Shown in pieces: positions 27,872-29,928 of a stretch of DNA of 29,928 bases (the stretch's first letter is position 1; each line of letters begins with the position of its first letter). Both the position numbers and the translations under genes were made by a program. Source of the DNA: an uncultured Thermococci archaeon (GTDB taxonomy: Archaea; Methanobacteriota_B; Thermococci; Thermococcales; Thermococcaceae); NCBI GenBank assembly GCA_964615185.1, contig CAZTOS010000023.1, positions 1 through 29,928 of the forward strand, given 5' to 3'. Under the pieces are notes generated by a model. That model searched no databases. It had not been told where the DNA came from and was given only the letters and a program-made list of their open reading frames with translations.

Positions 27872-28846
27872 ATGGGAGAGAGAATTATAACATTTGCCCA
27901 GGCAATATGTGAGGGCATTCTTGAAGAGATGCTTAAGGATGAGACCATTATAACCTACGGAGAAGATATAGCAAAGCAGGGAGGAATATTCGGAGCATAT
28001 AAGTGTTTGCTGGGAAATGTGGGAGATAGAATATTTGACACCCCAATTTCGGAAGAGGTGATATACGGTTCAGCTCTTGGTGCAGCAATGGCTGGCATGA
28101 AGCCTGTGGTGGAGTTTCATTTTGCCGATTTTCTCTTCACCGGAATAACAGCAATAACAAACCAAATAATGAAAATTAGGTACATGACGGGAGGACAGGT
28201 TAGCCTGCCCATAGTTCTTAGAGGGCCGGATGGGGTCGCAAAATCTGCGGCTGCTCAGCATTCTCAAAGCATAGAGACAATATTTATGCATGTCCCAGGA
28301 ATAAAAGTTGTCATTCCTTCCACTCCGTATGACGCCAAGGGGCTTATAAAGAGCTCAATAAGAGATCCAGACCCCGTGATATTTTTCGAGCACAAATCTC
28401 TTTACAAAATAAAGGCCCCTGTTACAGAGGAAGAATACTATATACCCCTAGGAAAAGCTGATGTAAAGAGGGAGGGAAGTGATGTAACAGTTATAACTAC
28501 GTCAAGAATGGTGCATGAGTCTCTGAAAGCCGCAGAATACTTGGGAAAAGAAGGAATTGATGTCGAGGTTCTCGACCTAAGAACTCTTGTTCCATGGGAT
28601 AAAAAGACTGTTCTTAAGTCAGTAAAGAAAACCGGAAGGGCTGTAATTGCTCATGAGACTTGGAGAAGGGCAGGATGGGGAGCTGAGATTGCTGCAACTA
28701 TATCCGAAGAATTGTTCGGACAGCTTGAAGCTCCTATACGGAGAGTGGGAGCTAAAAACGTACCTCATCCTTTCAGCCCTCCATTGGAGCAGTTCATGAT
28801 ACCAAAGGCAGATGATGTCATCAATGCTGTGAAGTCTTTATTTTAG
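27872..28846 (+). CDS. 2-oxoacid/acetoin dehydrogenase E1 beta subunit
   Basis: GEDI...GG, DTPISE, AAQHSQ, PVIFFEHK and DLRTL; GAGGTG RBS before ATG27872. Confidence 0.95.
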   Translation: MGERIITFAQAICEGILEEMLKDETIITYGEDIAKQGGIFGAYKCLLGNVGDRIFDTPISEEVIYGSALGAAMAGMKPVVEFHFADFLFTGITAITNQIMKIRYMTGGQVSLPIVLRGPDGVAKSAAAQHSQSIETIFMHVPGIKVVIPSTPYDAKGLIKSSIRDPDPVIFFEHKSLYKIKAPVTEEEYYIPLGKADVKREGSDVTVITTSRMVHESLKAAEYLGKEGIDVEVLDLRTLVPWDKKTVLKSVKKTGRAVIAHETWRRAGWGAEIAATISEELFGQLEAPIRRVGAKNVPHPFSPPLEQFMIPKADDVINAVKSLF

Positions 28847-29567
28847 TTCCATCTTTTCTGTTTTCTTCTTTTATCTTTAAAAGATTGAGGAACACTTGCA
28901 TGCTGGTGTTTTCAAGCTTTCTGAGATTTTTCACAACAGTTGCTTTTGAGACACCAATTCTCTCTGCCAATTTAGTTAGTGTGATGCCTCGGGGATAGTT
29001 GTAATATCCTCCCTGCAGAGTTTCTTTTAATAGAGCCTCCTGAGTTTTAGAAAGATTGAGGCTGGTTAGTATGGATGCTATTTGGAGATAAGCCAGTGGA
29101 TTCGCCATGAGCCATATCATCGTTCTGAAATCCCGTCCTTTGGTCTTCCCCTTTTCCACAATTTTCACTTCGTTCTTTTCCTTAAGCCTGTTCAGGATTT
29201 CGTTTTCGTCTCTCTTGTTTTTGACAATAACAAACCACCTCTCGAAGCCGCCAAATGCATAAAGAGAGCGCTGAAAAACAACATGGGACTGAAGGAACTT
29301 TTCCATTGCATCCGTAGTTTTACACACTACCTCAATATCCTCTCCGGATTCATCCTTCCAAAGGGTTTTAGCATGTTTTACGTATTCGTTTTTTCTGAGA
29401 ACCTCCATGGCATCTTGAACGTCTTCCCCCCTTACAGTAAAGAGAACGCGGGTCTCTCTGGGAAGAACATGAGGCATTATAATATAAATTCTCAGATCTT
29501 CCATTTTTTCAGAGAGGTACACAATTGGGCAATCTGGTTGCCATATATCAAGTAATAAATACCTCAT
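28821..29567 (-). CDS. Transcriptional regulator, bacterio-opsin-activator (HTH_10)-like
   Basis: C-terminal LSKTQ...GYYNYPRGITLTKLAERIGVSKATVVKNLRKLE; convergent with and overlapping E1 beta by 26 bp. Confidence 0.88.
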   Translation of the reverse strand: MRYLLLDIWQPDCPIVYLSEKMEDLRIYIIMPHVLPRETRVLFTVRGEDVQDAMEVLRKNEYVKHAKTLWKDESGEDIEVVCKTTDAMEKFLQSHVVFQRSLYAFGGFERWFVIVKNKRDENEILNRLKEKNEVKIVEKGKTKGRDFRTMIWLMANPLAYLQIASILTSLNLSKTQEALLKETLQGGYYNYPRGITLTKLAERIGVSKATVVKNLRKLENTSMQVFLNLLKIKEENRKDGTKIKTSQH

Positions 29568-29827
29568 GATACTACGTCTGTAAACTTGTTTTTATATTTT
29601 TTGTATTAGTGCATCTTGCTCAGCATCTCTGAGTAGCAAGTTGCAATAACTGTTTGAAAAGTTGCACTATTGCCTTTTCTGAATTTTGCAAGTTTTTTGG
29701 TTTTCCGGATTCCCGGAATTGTGGATACTGTAGTTTCTAGGGTTTTAATCTAAAGATCTCACCTAAAAATCCTGACAGTCATCAAAAGAAGGAAAAGGAT
29801 GAAAGTTAATTACAAATATATGCTTAG

Positions 29828-29928
29828 CTGATCTCCTCCCCTTTTGCGAGGGTTTCAGTGACTCGCCAGTGATGGGGAGGTTTGCGGGCCCATCACCATG
29901 AGGTTCAACCCGCAGGCTCGGTCTAAGG
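29828..29928 (-). mobile_element. Probable IS200/IS605-family right end / structured omegaRNA-like remnant (runs off the window)
   Basis: GC-rich stem-loops in AT-rich DNA. The minus strand ends GAAACCCTCGCAAAAGGGGAGGAGATCAG, resembling TnpB-element right ends (subterminal hairpin then GGAGG..TCAG). Confidence 0.55.

Noticed and set aside
1989..29555. Numerous short antisense or overlapping ORFs in the ORF track
   Set aside because: They are shadows of well-supported genes and have no recognisable motifs.
29640..29650. GTTGCAATAA resembling the start of a Thermococcales CRISPR repeat
   Set aside because: It is a single 10-bp partial match with no repeat-spacer structure.

Overview
This window is the chromosomal replication-origin region of a Thermococcales archaeon (Thermococcus-like). 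The core genes are tRNA-Gln, the cdc6-DP1-DP2 (PolD) operon with a mini-intein in DP2, oriC with ORB boxes, radA with a LAGLIDADG intein, nucS, a DUF473 gene, a PAC2/PbaA-like gene, MTA phosphorylase, MTA/SAH deaminase and a macrodomain gene. Five accessory elements are layered on this core. (1) A frameshifted IS481-family element with 24-bp inverted repeats and a 15-bp target duplication. (2) A type II R-M cassette placed exactly at the DP1/DP2 stop-start junction, between 7-bp direct repeats. (3) A three-gene cassette (membrane-anchored protein, ABC/AAA ATPase, TOPRIM-like protein; PARIS/OLD-like) placed exactly at the mtaD/macrodomain junction, between 14-bp direct repeats. (4) An operon of stand-alone lipoyl domain, TRAP transporter and E1 alpha/beta with no E2 core or E3, plus a convergent HTH regulator. 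(5) A probable IS200/IS605 right end at the window edge. ORB boxes also recur inside the DP1 coding linker. All family calls come from motif reading, not database searches.
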